A DNA stretch of 64,000 nt from Patescibacteria group bacterium (GTDB lineage: Bacteria; Patescibacteriota; Microgenomatia; UBA10105; UBA927): NCBI GenBank assembly GCA_023379025.1, contig JAMCTH010000005.1, forward strand, positions 20,663 to 84,662, given 5' to 3'. Shown here piece by piece: positions 8,139 through 17,530 of this stretch; position 1 is the stretch's first letter; each line of letters opens with the position of its first letter. The notes under the pieces were generated by a model. The model was not told the DNA's origin. It was given only the letters and a program-made list of their open reading frames with translations, and did not search any database. A program made the position numbers and the translations under genes.

Positions 8139-9938
8139 CTATATTCGGGAAGGTGTGAGCCAGGCAGCAAGATCATTATACTCCATGGAGTTTAAAACAT
8201 CATGAGTGCCGGCCCATCCGCGGCGCGCAACGGATACGCCGTAGCGCATGACATCCATGGCAGTTGCCTCATGGGCATCCGAATCGATAATAAATTTGAG
8301 TCCCTGCCGGCGGGCATCGAAGACGATCGTGTCCGGCAGATCGAGCCTGGCGGGGTGTGCGTTTATCTCAAGCGCAATCCCGCGTGCTTTGCAGACCCGG
8401 AACATTTCCTTCCAGTCAAGGGCGATCCCTTCGCGGTCCGGAAGGAGCCGGCCCGTGGGATGACCGAATATCCGGACTTTCGGATGCGCTGTGAGACCGC
8501 GGACCACCCGTTTGGTCATGGCTCCCTCCGGCTGGGTAAAGCTCGAATGGATGGAGGCGATGACGCCGTCCACATAGGTAAACGCGCTCTCCGGAAGGGC
8601 AAGGGTGCCGTCCGTCAGGATATCCACCTCACAGAGAATAAAGATGCCGACGGCTTTGGTGTGCTTTCGTTGCCAGGCTGCGTGTGCTTTTTCGTAAAAC
8701 GCCTTCCTCCGTTTCATGATGGCCGTTATGTCCTCCGGCGTATGGTTGGTGACACTCGGATTGTGGTCGGAAAGCCCGATATACCGGTAGCCCTGCTCGA
8801 CCGCCCGGTCGAGAAGTACGGCAAGACTGTCTCGGCCGAGGTCATGGGAGGGCTCGAGGTCATAATCACTATGGATGTGGAGGTCGCCTTTTATATCGCT
8901 AAGTCCGACTAAATCAGGAAGTCCGTCGGGCTTCCCCTGAGCCTGGCGGATGGCAGCCTCAAGCTCCCCCCGGTCCTCCCGCAATTCCGGGGGGATCCAC
9001 GGCAGTCCGAGCGCGCGGTAAAAAGCTTCTTCCGTCGCGTACGCCGTCGTTTTCCCTGTTTTGACCTGTTTTATCCCGTACTCGCTGAGGGACAGTCCCT
9101 TGCCGAGAGCCCAGGTACGGAGGGCAATATTATGATTTTTCGAACCGGTGAAATACTGGAGCATGGCACCGTATGCCCTGGGATCCTGGACCCGGAGATC
9201 CGCCTGCCTGCCGTTATGGAGAAGAAGTGAAGCTCCGGTCGGCCCCTTTTCTATCATTTTCTGGTGCGGGTACGAAAGAAACCGGGATATGACGTCGGCC
9301 GGTCTGCCGGTTGCCACGGCGATGTCGATATCCCCGATTGTGGCAACCTGCCGCCGGAGGCTCCCCAGAACCGTAATCTCACGGACCGGAGCTCCCTTCT
9401 GGAGAAATGCGATGATATCCCGGGCGATAGCGTCCGCCTGCGGCAGTCCCATCCGATTTTCTTTGATCTGACCCTTCCGGTATATGGCAATCGCCGAAAG
9501 GATGTCCTGTTCGGATTTTTCTCCAAACCCTTCAAGCGGAGCAATAGCGTGTGCTTTTGCAGCAGTCTCGAGATCACTGACCGCCCGTTTTTCCGTCCGC
9601 ATGTCCAGCGCTTTGACGAGTTTGTATGCCTTTTTCGGTCCGAGGCCGGGCACGAGGAGAAGCGGAAACACCGCTTCCGGCACGCGTTTGAGTGTGGCTT
9701 CAATATGCCGCACGTGGCCCGTACGGAACAGCTCGTCCAGATGCGACCGGATCGCGGGACCGACGCCCGGTATCACACTGAGTTTATCGTCTTCCCAGAG
9801 GTCCTTCACTTCGCTCGTCAGGTGTTCGATGCTGTCGGCAGCCCGTTCGTATGCGATGGTTCTGAATCTGTTTTCACCGAGGATCTCGTAGGCCGCAGCC
9901 ATATTCCGGAGCATGCCCGCAATTGCGAGGTTCGTCAT
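8139..9938 (-). CDS. polX: DNA polymerase X / PHP exonuclease
   Basis: HhH motifs, GSLRR, GDID, YFTGSKNHN, PHP HIHSD...DH...GHPTGR...DSDAH. Start moved to MTNL. Confidence 0.93.
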   Translation of the reverse strand: MTNLAIAGMLRNMAAAYEILGENRFRTIAYERAADSIEHLTSEVKDLWEDDKLSVIPGVGPAIRSHLDELFRTGHVRHIEATLKRVPEAVFPLLLVPGLGPKKAYKLVKALDMRTEKRAVSDLETAAKAHAIAPLEGFGEKSEQDILSAIAIYRKGQIKENRMGLPQADAIARDIIAFLQKGAPVREITVLGSLRRQVATIGDIDIAVATGRPADVISRFLSYPHQKMIEKGPTGASLLLHNGRQADLRVQDPRAYGAMLQYFTGSKNHNIALRTWALGKGLSLSEYGIKQVKTGKTTAYATEEAFYRALGLPWIPPELREDRGELEAAIRQAQGKPDGLPDLVGLSDIKGDLHIHSDYDLEPSHDLGRDSLAVLLDRAVEQGYRYIGLSDHNPSVTNHTPEDITAIMKRRKAFYEKAHAAWQRKHTKAVGIFILCEVDILTDGTLALPESAFTYVDGVIASIHSSFTQPEGAMTKRVVRGLTAHPKVRIFGHPTGRLLPDREGIALDWKEMFRVCKARGIALEINAHPARLDLPDTIVFDARRQGLKFIIDSDAHEATAMDVMRYGVSVARRGWAGTHDVLNSMEYNDLAAWLTPSRI

Positions 9939-10041
9939 ACCTATCGTCATCATACCAAACCGACGCAATCCGGGCAAAAAAGGCAAAAAGCTTGATTGTG
10001 CGGGGTGTGCCCCTATGGTATCATGCTATAAGTCAAAAATT

Positions 10042-10116
10042 GGACTCGTGGTGTAGCCTGGTTAACACGCGTCCCTGTCAAGGACGAGATCGCCGGTTCG
10101 AATCCGGTCGGGTCCG
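10042..10116 (+). tRNA. tRNA-Asp(GTC)
   Basis: Cloverleaf; anticodon arm cgtcc-ctGTCaa-ggacg; T arm gccgg-ttcgaat-ccggt; CCA not encoded. Confidence 0.95.
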
Positions 10117-10222
10117 CTATAATGTGGTCTTATACCGGACACGTGATGATCCTGTGTCACGTCCGGATGGGACCGATATCTTCCTGCCCGCATCTATTTC
10201 TGCCCGGAATGGAGGAGATGAA

Positions 10223-10807
10223 ATGGTCAAAGAATTTTTGAAACGTTTTGAATCCACGGAGTCGCTCATCTCTTTGGCATTGGGACTTGCTGTGGTTGTG
10301 GTTGTTGCCGTTCTCGGTGTCAAATATTTCGAAAACCGGCACCCCGGCAATACCGCCGGCGTCACCGGAGGAGCCTCTACCTCGGCAGCCAGCGAGGTAC
10401 CGCCGAAAGAACCGACGAAGTATACCGTCCGCGCGGGAGATACGCTCTGGAGTATCGCGGATACGTATTACACATCCGGGTACAACTGGGTGGATATCGC
10501 CAAAGCCAATACCTTGGCCGATGCCAACCACATCGAAACCGGCGAATCACTCATTATCCCGGTCGCAACACCGATAATGCCGGAAAGCGCGGTCCAGACC
10601 GGTACGGCAGGACAGCAGATTGCCGCAAGTCACTTTGAGGTAAACACCAAAGAAACGACCTATACGGTATCGCGCGGAGACAGTCTGTGGGATATTGCGG
10701 CCAGTCATTACGGCACAGGGTACCGGTGGACGGATATCGCCAAAGCGAATACCCTCGCAAATCCGGACCTGATTTTTGCCGGCAATGTCCTGACGTTGCC
10801 GCAATAA
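10223..10807 (+). CDS. membrane-anchored double-LysM protein
   Basis: GGAGGAG RBS, one TM, two LysM repeats (YTVRAGDTLWSIA; YTVSRGDSLWDIA). Confidence 0.9.
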   Translation: MVKEFLKRFESTESLISLALGLAVVVVVAVLGVKYFENRHPGNTAGVTGGASTSAASEVPPKEPTKYTVRAGDTLWSIADTYYTSGYNWVDIAKANTLADANHIETGESLIIPVATPIMPESAVQTGTAGQQIAASHFEVNTKETTYTVSRGDSLWDIAASHYGTGYRWTDIAKANTLANPDLIFAGNVLTLPQ

Positions 10808-10834
10808 AGGAAACAACGTACAATGAGTAGGAAA

Positions 10835-10881
10835 GCCTGAAGCTTCAGGCACTAAAAATTTGGCAGAGTTGCCAAATTTTT
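10835..10881. repeat. tandem palindrome plus hairpin before tRNA-Gly (possible terminator or REP-like unit)
   Basis: gcctgaagcttcaggc, then aaaaatttggca-gagt-tgccaaattttt. Confidence 0.75.
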
Positions 10882-10886
10882 TAGGT

Positions 10887-10960
10887 GCGGGATTAGTACA
10901 CCGGTAGTATGCCACCTTCCCAAGGTGGAGAAGCGAGTTCGATTCTCGTATCCCGCTCCA
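10887..10960 (+). tRNA. tRNA-Gly(CCC)
   Basis: Anticodon arm ccacc-ttCCCaa-ggtgg; T arm gcgag-ttcgatt-ctcgt; CCA encoded. Confidence 0.95.
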
Positions 10961-11111
10961 GACGGGACACCTTGCCCCGAAAAGGTCTTAATGTATTGAT
11001 ATAACGGGCTAATCATGAAATTTACAACAATATAAACAAAATTGATTTACCTTCAAATAGGGTTTCGGAGAGACGGAAATCGAACTCAAAATGTTTAAAA
11101 TCAACTTGGCC

Positions 11112-11150
11112 TTGACAATTCTCATATTTTCTGATATTCTGAAAATATGA
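11112..11150 (+). promoter_or_regulatory. sigma70 promoter with operator inverted repeat for the TA operon
   Basis: TTGACA-17 nt-TATTCT (TG extended); IR tcatattttc (11122-11131)/gaaaatatga (11141-11150). Confidence 0.8.
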
Positions 11151-11404
11151 AAGCAGTAAGCATTATTCGAGATAGGGGCCAATTGACCATTCCTGATTCT
11201 ATTCGTCAACTCGTTAGTTGGGTGGCTCCCTTATCTGCGGTAACAATTTCAGTTAGAAAAGCAGACGAAATTGTCATAACGCCTCACCAAAATTATGTTA
11301 ACTGGGAAGGGATTTGGGAAGGCATTAAAAAATCCAGAGCTATAAAAGGCAAAGGCAGCATCAACGCAGCAAAGTTTTTAGAATTTGATCGTAACTCACA
11401 CTAA
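11147..11404 (+). CDS. AbrB/MazE/SpoVT-family antitoxin
   Basis: RGQLTIPDSIR motif; stop overlaps the toxin start (TAATG). Confidence 0.85.
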   Translation: MKAVSIIRDRGQLTIPDSIRQLVSWVAPLSAVTISVRKADEIVITPHQNYVNWEGIWEGIKKSRAIKGKGSINAAKFLEFDRNSH

Positions 11405-11823
11405 TGAAAACGGTCGTCACGGATACGTCTGTATTTATTAAATGGCTTAACAAGGATAACGAACAAAGCCTTGAGAAGGCGGACAAAATTCTTCAGGAAG
11501 TAAAAAACGGCCAAACCCAAATTTTTGTTCCGGAACTGCTTAAATATGAATTAGGAAATGTGCTTCTTAAGGGTAAGCAACTGACACCAGATCAAGCTCT
11601 TATTTCTTTGGGGACAGCATATTCTTTACCTGTAACATTTATAGCTGATTCGGAGCAACAGGCAAAAGATACCTATACGCTGGCTTATAATTACGGAATA
11701 AGCTACTATGATGCCTCATTTATGTCAGTTGCAAAAAATTACAACGCGACGTTAGTTACTGATAATCTGAAACATCAAAGTAAAGCTCCAGAAATAAAGG
11801 TTGTTGCCCTTAAAGATTATTGA
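11404..11823 (+). CDS. vapC: PIN-domain (VapC-family) toxin
   Basis: VVTDTSVFIKW, YELGNVL, SYYDASF, LVTD acidic PIN motifs. Confidence 0.88.
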   Translation: MKTVVTDTSVFIKWLNKDNEQSLEKADKILQEVKNGQTQIFVPELLKYELGNVLLKGKQLTPDQALISLGTAYSLPVTFIADSEQQAKDTYTLAYNYGISYYDASFMSVAKNYNATLVTDNLKHQSKAPEIKVVALKDY

Positions 11824-12025
11824 CGTTACGCCGTTTGATAAGTCTCCATCAACTTGTTAAAATGTATTAGTATCTCGTCGAGCAAGAGTTCAAAATAATT
11901 TGCGTATCCGGCTCAATTATAGCGAGTTCGACAGCGTCCTGAGCTTGCCGAAGGATTCCCCTATCCCGCTCATAACCGAATTAAATTCAAATAAAAAAAT
12001 CTGAAGTCTAATTTAAAGAACGTAT

Positions 12026-12379
12026 ATGGGCATCGTGGTTGAATACAATCCGGATTTAGCACTCCGGGATCATAGTGAATTCACAAGGGGTAGGCGCAAT
12101 CGCGAAGAGTGTGTGCCCAAACAACTCACGGCTGGCAGGGTGTATGCGTTTGCCAAGCTCGGTCAGCGGAATTATTGGCTTATGGGCGAAATACCACTCC
12201 TAGTAACCCACGGAGATCAAAAATTGGGTCTGCCGATTGCAAGTATTCAAATTCTAGAGGCAACACATCGTCTACGAGGTGGTTCAGTGTGGACCGTGGG
12301 GAAATACAAGGTAATTGAAGTGTATAAACCGGGTGACAAAACCATTCATTTTAATGGATTTGCCAAAACGCATTCGTAA
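12026..12379 (+). CDS. hypothetical protein (loosely DUF2584-like)
   Basis: ATG ORF of 117 aa; MG..VE.N...K.G.R.Y pattern recalled by eye. Confidence 0.6.
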   Translation: MGIVVEYNPDLALRDHSEFTRGRRNREECVPKQLTAGRVYAFAKLGQRNYWLMGEIPLLVTHGDQKLGLPIASIQILEATHRLRGGSVWTVGKYKVIEVYKPGDKTIHFNGFAKTHS

Positions 12380-12403
12380 CTCGATTTATGAGACAATATA
12401 CGT

Positions 12404-12913
12404 ATGAAGTTATACCGTTTCAGCCCTATCGGTTCGGAACCGGAGTTACTCCGCGCTATCCGGTACATCCACCGCGCCGGTCACACGCTCTGCCGGGAAA
12501 AAACCGGAAAGTTTCTGCCGGTGCGGGGCTTCATCGGTGTGTTTTGCCACTACGACCGGGAGTACGCATATCTCACGCGCCTTTGCGAAGCGATGACGAT
12601 CCGGGCCGGCAATTTCAACAACAAATATTTCCTTCTGAAAAACCCCATCACGATACGGAAAACACAGGGTATTCCGCAGGCTGTCTATACCCACCTCTAT
12701 ATCAGGAAACCCGACCCCTACCGCGCGCAGGTCGGCGACCTCGACTTTTTCATGGAGAAAAATCCCTATAGCGAGCTCAAACGCGACATAGAAAACCGGA
12801 AAGCCCCGGGTGGCGTACGGATGCTTCCGGATCACCCCGGTCATGAACTCATAGAGCTTTATCATCCCGATATTGACGCCTGCGCCTATATACAACTGCA
12901 TGAACATATCTGA
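12404..12913 (+). CDS. hypothetical protein
   Basis: 169 aa, co-oriented and tightly packed between neighbours. Confidence 0.65.
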   Translation: MKLYRFSPIGSEPELLRAIRYIHRAGHTLCREKTGKFLPVRGFIGVFCHYDREYAYLTRLCEAMTIRAGNFNNKYFLLKNPITIRKTQGIPQAVYTHLYIRKPDPYRAQVGDLDFFMEKNPYSELKRDIENRKAPGGVRMLPDHPGHELIELYHPDIDACAYIQLHEHI

Positions 12914-13793
12914 TCAGCGCATCGGAGAATTCTGTATTGTAATGGGTGTCCTTTTGTGGGGTATCTTTCCGGTCTTTACCCAGCTCTCCTACCGTTCGCT
13001 TTCCCCGCTTACATCACTGGCTGGAAGCTCACTCTGTGCCGCGACATTTTTCGGCATAGTCTTGACCGTCCGCCACCGCTGGCATGAACTCAAAAGCAAA
13101 GAAACGCTCCGGTACGCGCTCCTTTCCACAGTCTTTACCGGCATCATTTTTTATTCACTGTATTTCCTGAGCCTGAAATACTCAAGTGCGGGAAACATAA
13201 GCATTCTCGGGCTCTCAGAGGCATTTTTCAGTTTTATGCTCTTCCAGGTGTGGAAAAAAGAATTCATTCCGAAAGAGCATATCTTTGGAGCGATACTCAT
13301 ACTCCTCGGAGCAATCGTGGTGCTTCTTCCTTCCGTAGGTGTATTCCGGCTCGGGGACATCCTCATCCTCATCGCAGCAGCCATCGTCCCGTTTGGAAAT
13401 TACTACCTGCAAAAAGCCAGAAAACACGCCAACGCGGAATCCGTCCTGTTTATCCGGACCCTGGTCGGCGGAACTGCCATCCTGTTCCTGTCCTTCCTGT
13501 TCCATACCGCATCCCCGCTTACGGATATCATGCACTCGCTTTCGTTTCTTCTCGTGAACGGTCTTGTGGTTTTGGGAATTTCCAATATGCTCTGGGTGGA
13601 AGGAATTCACAGGATCCCCGTCACAAAAGCGAACGGTTTGAACGCGCTCGGTCCGCTCGTGACGCTTCTTGCCGCATGGGTCGTCTTCAAAACGGCGCCG
13701 ACCGCCTGGCAGCTTATTGCATTCATCCCCATGTTCTTCGGGATGGGGTATATCGGTAAAAAAATTAGTCTAACCGGAGCAGAACGCAAGTGA
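12900..13793 (+). CDS. EamA/DMT-family transporter
   Basis: About 10 TM in two repeats; LLWGIFP start motif. Confidence 0.88.
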   Translation: MNISDQRIGEFCIVMGVLLWGIFPVFTQLSYRSLSPLTSLAGSSLCAATFFGIVLTVRHRWHELKSKETLRYALLSTVFTGIIFYSLYFLSLKYSSAGNISILGLSEAFFSFMLFQVWKKEFIPKEHIFGAILILLGAIVVLLPSVGVFRLGDILILIAAAIVPFGNYYLQKARKHANAESVLFIRTLVGGTAILFLSFLFHTASPLTDIMHSLSFLLVNGLVVLGISNMLWVEGIHRIPVTKANGLNALGPLVTLLAAWVVFKTAPTAWQLIAFIPMFFGMGYIGKKISLTGAERK

Positions 13794-13814
13794 TTCTGCT
13801 AAAATCACACTACC

Positions 13815-13885
13815 GCCTCCATAGCTCAGTGGCAGAGCAGCGGTATCGTAAACCGTCGATGTCAGTCCGATTCTGACTGGAGGCT
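13815..13885 (+). tRNA. tRNA-Thr(CGT)
   Basis: gcctcca/tggaggc acceptor; anticodon arm gcggt-atCGTaa-accgt; T loop tccgatt; upstream TGCTAAAAT. Confidence 0.85.
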
Positions 13886-14373
13886 CAAAAAGCAGAATTG
13901 AGGCTCCAGATTGCCCAGTTCAGCACGCCCGCAAACGAAACCCACAGAAGATACGGTACGAGGAAATAAGCCGCACTCTTCCGGATCCGGTAAAACGCCC
14001 GGATCGTCAGGACGATCGATCCCCAGAGAATGACCAACTCCCAAAACGCAAGACCGGGGTTTCTCAGCCCGAAAAAAAGTATGGACCAGAGAGCGTTCAA
14101 TGCAAGCTGCAGGAGAAAAAGATACGTGGCACCCATGACGCGGCTTTTGGTCATGCCGCGTTCCCATACGAGGAAGAGCGCGACGCCCATAAGCGCATAG
14201 AGGGTTGTCCAGACCGGCCCGAACACCCAGTTCGGCGGACTGAACCAGGGCTTATGAAGCGTAGCGTACCAGCCGGGGATAGCCGATACGGTAAAGAAGG
14301 AGCCGATGATGCCTGCCGCTTCGGAGAGAAGGACGGCCCCCAGAAGATGAGCCACACCGGAACGCTTTCTCAT
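13885..14373 (-). CDS. tspO: TspO/MBR tryptophan-rich sensory protein
   Basis: WY..L.KP..SPPNWVFGPVWTTLY, LNALWS..FFG, PYLLWVSFA. Confidence 0.95.
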   Translation of the reverse strand: MRKRSGVAHLLGAVLLSEAAGIIGSFFTVSAIPGWYATLHKPWFSPPNWVFGPVWTTLYALMGVALFLVWERGMTKSRVMGATYLFLLQLALNALWSILFFGLRNPGLAFWELVILWGSIVLTIRAFYRIRKSAAYFLVPYLLWVSFAGVLNWAIWSLNSAF

Positions 14374-14408
14374 ACGACTACTGTATCACAAACTGTCGGA
14401 GGAAACGA

Positions 14409-15551
14409 TCAGGTATCCCGCGGTTCCCCGTCGGGAAGGGAAAGGAGTTTGATATCCGGGAGACTTGCTCCCATGATGCCCTGGAGTTCTCCGTACATAT
14501 TGGCGATGTTTTCGAGGGTGCGGGTGATGTCCAGTTCCCGCTTTTTCCAGAGGCGCTGCACCGACCGCTTCTCCGTTTCGAGGTCCTGCTGCATGGCGAC
14601 GATCCCCTCGACATACGCCTCAAACCGGTGCCGGAAGGTATCGCTCTGGAGATAGCCGTAGAGTTTTTCGAGTTTCTCATCCTTGTTAGCGGCCGTTGAT
14701 TTGGCCGCCGCCGTCAGCATGATGCTCCTTCTCAGTATTGTGGCAAGCGGAAGCGCATAATGGATGTCCGTCACGAGCACGTTATCGATAAATCCGAAGG
14801 TATCGATATCCCTGGGGAGCGTTTCGCTGACCAGGACGGACAGGCTTGCATCCGCTTTCCGTCCGTCTTCCCGAAGCTTCGGGAGCCATGACGGGCTCCA
14901 TTTGGCGCGCTTGGTCTCCCAGAGGATTGAACCGGCCGTCTGTCCGTAGGAGTTGCGGACCGTCTCGAGGACGTCGCCGCCCTGTGCCCCTTTGGCAATC
15001 GGAGTAATTTCATCGTGGGGGAAGGCGCTACGGAGTTTGGCTTCCAGGTCGAGCTCCAGCACCTCGCCCTGGAGCTGCTGGGATTTCTGCTGTGCCTTGA
15101 GGTTTGCCTCGGCAAGCGCTTTCTGCGTGTCCGTCAGCTGTTTTTTGAGTTCAAGGATCTGAAACTCGGCTTTTTCCTGAAGGGTTTTCGTAAGTTCCGA
15201 ACGCGCTTTGTCTATCTCTTCGGACAGCCGTTTCTGGTTTTCGAGTTCCGTTTTGTCGTTTTTGTCCCTGAGTTCCCGAAGCAGTTTGTTGAGGTCAAGA
15301 AGCTGTCCGGAGAGTTCTTTATTGCGGCTCCTGAGCTCCGCCATCTCGTTTTCCTTATCTTTAAGCGTCAGTTCCGCCAGTGCTGCTGCTTTTTGTTTCG
15401 CCTGCTCTTCCGCAGCTTTCCGCGCGTCGGCAAGCTCTTTGGCGTGCTGGCCCGCAACGTCACGAAGGAGATCTTCCTTCATGTCGTGCATGAGCGCTTC
15501 CGTAATCTCGATCTCTTTGCCGCAGTACGTGCAGGTGACATGCGTCAGCAT
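14409..15551 (-). CDS. DUF2130-like coiled-coil protein
   Basis: N-terminal CxxC, long coiled coil, QLQGEVLE, GSILWETK, W..KLRED. Confidence 0.8.
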   Translation of the reverse strand: MLTHVTCTYCGKEIEITEALMHDMKEDLLRDVAGQHAKELADARKAAEEQAKQKAAALAELTLKDKENEMAELRSRNKELSGQLLDLNKLLRELRDKNDKTELENQKRLSEEIDKARSELTKTLQEKAEFQILELKKQLTDTQKALAEANLKAQQKSQQLQGEVLELDLEAKLRSAFPHDEITPIAKGAQGGDVLETVRNSYGQTAGSILWETKRAKWSPSWLPKLREDGRKADASLSVLVSETLPRDIDTFGFIDNVLVTDIHYALPLATILRRSIMLTAAAKSTAANKDEKLEKLYGYLQSDTFRHRFEAYVEGIVAMQQDLETEKRSVQRLWKKRELDITRTLENIANMYGELQGIMGASLPDIKLLSLPDGEPRDT

Positions 15552-15642
15552 AATGCCTCCGCCTGCATTGTATCACGGGTTGCCCAAACCGCGTTTGCGC
15601 CGGTTTGCTACAATAGAAGGACGGAAAAACTGCGGCATCGTT

Positions 15643-16359
15643 ATGGCATACTCGAGACTGTCACGATTTGAGGAAAAGCGCCAGAAACGGAGGCTCATTT
15701 ATTCGCTCCTCGGGAGCGTGGCGATCCTCGCGTTTATTTTTTTCTTCGGCTTCAAACTGCTCGTCAATTTCAGCGTCCTTCTGGAAAAATTCCAGGGAGG
15801 GTCCGGGACGAGCGCCACGCAGTCAGCCTCCGTCAACATCCTCCCTCCGGCGCTTGACCCGCTGCCGGAGGCGACCAACTCCGCCGATCTTACGGTTACC
15901 GGTAAAGGACAGCCGGGACTGACCGTCATCCTTTACGCCAACGGCACCGAGGCATCGCGGCTGCCGGTCGACAGCACCGGTTTGTTCCGCACCGTCTATA
16001 CCGCCGACGGTGACGGTGCGCAAACGATCAGCGCCAAATTAACGGACAACAAAGGCAACGTCAGCGATCTGTCGAACATCATTTCGACCACGGTAAAACG
16101 TTCCAAACCGACACTGACGATCGATCAGCCGGGAGAGAATGCCACAGTAAACGGGGACCCGAACACGACAACGGTCTCCGGGAAAACGGACCCGGAAGAC
16201 ACCGTCACCATAAACGGGCGGGTAGCGGTCGTCAGGGACGACGGCTCCTTCAGCTATACCATACAGCTCAATGAGGGAGACAACATCCTGACAGCAACGG
16301 CAACGGATACTGCCGGCAACGAAACGACGGTGGAACGCCACGTCAGCTACCATCCGTAG
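15643..16359 (+). CDS. membrane-anchored protein with two Ig-like domains
   Basis: Basic N-terminus plus TM; beta-rich repeats ending D..GN.S and LNEGDN...ATDTAGN. Track start 15208 overlaps the opposite gene. Confidence 0.8.
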   Translation: MAYSRLSRFEEKRQKRRLIYSLLGSVAILAFIFFFGFKLLVNFSVLLEKFQGGSGTSATQSASVNILPPALDPLPEATNSADLTVTGKGQPGLTVILYANGTEASRLPVDSTGLFRTVYTADGDGAQTISAKLTDNKGNVSDLSNIISTTVKRSKPTLTIDQPGENATVNGDPNTTTVSGKTDPEDTVTINGRVAVVRDDGSFSYTIQLNEGDNILTATATDTAGNETTVERHVSYHP

Positions 16360-17530
16360 CGCTTTTTACCACGGCTACCCCGGCCAGGATAAACAACCAG
16401 AGCACCATCCACGGATAAAACAGCGTATTCGTAAACAGGCTATGGAAGGCCGCGGCAAGGGAAGAGGCAAGATAGAGCGCCCAAAATCCCCTATGGTTCT
16501 TCCGCAGCGCAATCGCGGGCCTCAGATACTCCCGTATGAGAAAAAGAAATGCGATCCCTCCGAGAACACCCGAGGAAGCCAGGACATACAGTATGCTGTT
16601 GTCTATCCCGCCTCCCGCGCGGTTCGGGGGCGCCGGGACCGGCAGTGTTTCCGTGGTCCGGCGGGGAAGTGCTGTCATACCGAACCCTTCGCCGGTGAGC
16701 GGCGCGCGGGCCACTACCAGGGCGCTTTCCTGCCAGTTTTGGACCCGGGCTAACGCGGAAATTTCTCTGGTAAACCGCAGTGCTTCAAGCGGAGGCTTGG
16801 GAACGACGACAACGAGAAGGATGATGCCGAGAAGAAGAGCGGCAAGCTTCCACCGCTTGGTAACGACGATCATGGCCGTGATGCCGGCGGCAAAGGCGAG
16901 GTAGCTCCCCCGCGAAAACGTCAGGAGAAGCGCCGTAAACGCAAGCGCCGTGCCGGCAAGGATGAGCGCCCGCCGCTTTACCGTGCCCCGGGCAAGATAG
17001 ATACCCGTAAAAACCGTAAGGGCAAAAATGATGCCTGCAAAGTTCGGATCCAGGAAAACGGATACTACCCGGTAATAATACGGGTCCCAGCCAAGATAGG
17101 AGATATTGCGGATGTCCGGATACAGGAACAGCTGGGCCAGGCCGGCAGCGGCGGCGGCGGCGCCGAAGGCAAAAAGCCCCATAAGCCACCGCCGGGAACG
17201 GATGCCTGCCCCAACGACGACAAACACGATCCCCGCATACCAGAGCCAGCGCGCAAGATACAGGAGCCCACGGACCACGGCGGACTGATCCTGCCCCATG
17301 GCATGTATGACGATAGACCCAAAACATACCGCGGCAAACAACAAAATCGCTCGCCCGATCGCCGGCCACCGCAGGAGGGATTTGTCGCGTAGAGCTGCCG
17401 CGGCAAACCAGAGATATACGCCCCCCAGGACAAGATCATGAAGATGGAGATATGCAGACGGGAAAACCGCAAGCGTCACGAGCTGCCCCCCAAGAAGACT
17501 CGCAAAAAACAGTAGAAGAAGCACATTCAT
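16343..17530 (-). CDS. O-antigen ligase (Wzy_C)-family membrane protein
   Basis: R..SVFLDPNFAG, LTFSRGSY, R..NW, PLTGEGFG, DNS; multi-TM. Confidence 0.85.
   Translation of the reverse strand: MNVLLLLFFASLLGGQLVTLAVFPSAYLHLHDLVLGGVYLWFAAAALRDKSLLRWPAIGRAILLFAAVCFGSIVIHAMGQDQSAVVRGLLYLARWLWYAGIVFVVVGAGIRSRRWLMGLFAFGAAAAAAGLAQLFLYPDIRNISYLGWDPYYYRVVSVFLDPNFAGIIFALTVFTGIYLARGTVKRRALILAGTALAFTALLLTFSRGSYLAFAAGITAMIVVTKRWKLAALLLGIILLVVVVPKPPLEALRFTREISALARVQNWQESALVVARAPLTGEGFGMTALPRRTTETLPVPAPPNRAGGGIDNSILYVLASSGVLGGIAFLFLIREYLRPAIALRKNHRGFWALYLASSLAAAFHSLFTNTLFYPWMVLWLFILAGVAVVKSATDGS

Larger units (their letters stand above)
10961..11972. mobile_element. AT-rich TA islet integrated at tRNA-Gly, bounded by decayed copies of the tRNA 3' end
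   Basis: Clear drop in GC; tRNA 3' remnants at 11903-11914 and 11921-11972; no integrase. Confidence 0.65.

Noticed and set aside
9923-10222. N-terminal extension of the LysM ORF (likewise 27880..28023 and 15208..15642)
   Set aside because: These run through tRNA genes or an opposite-strand gene; better downstream starts have RBS or -10 signals.
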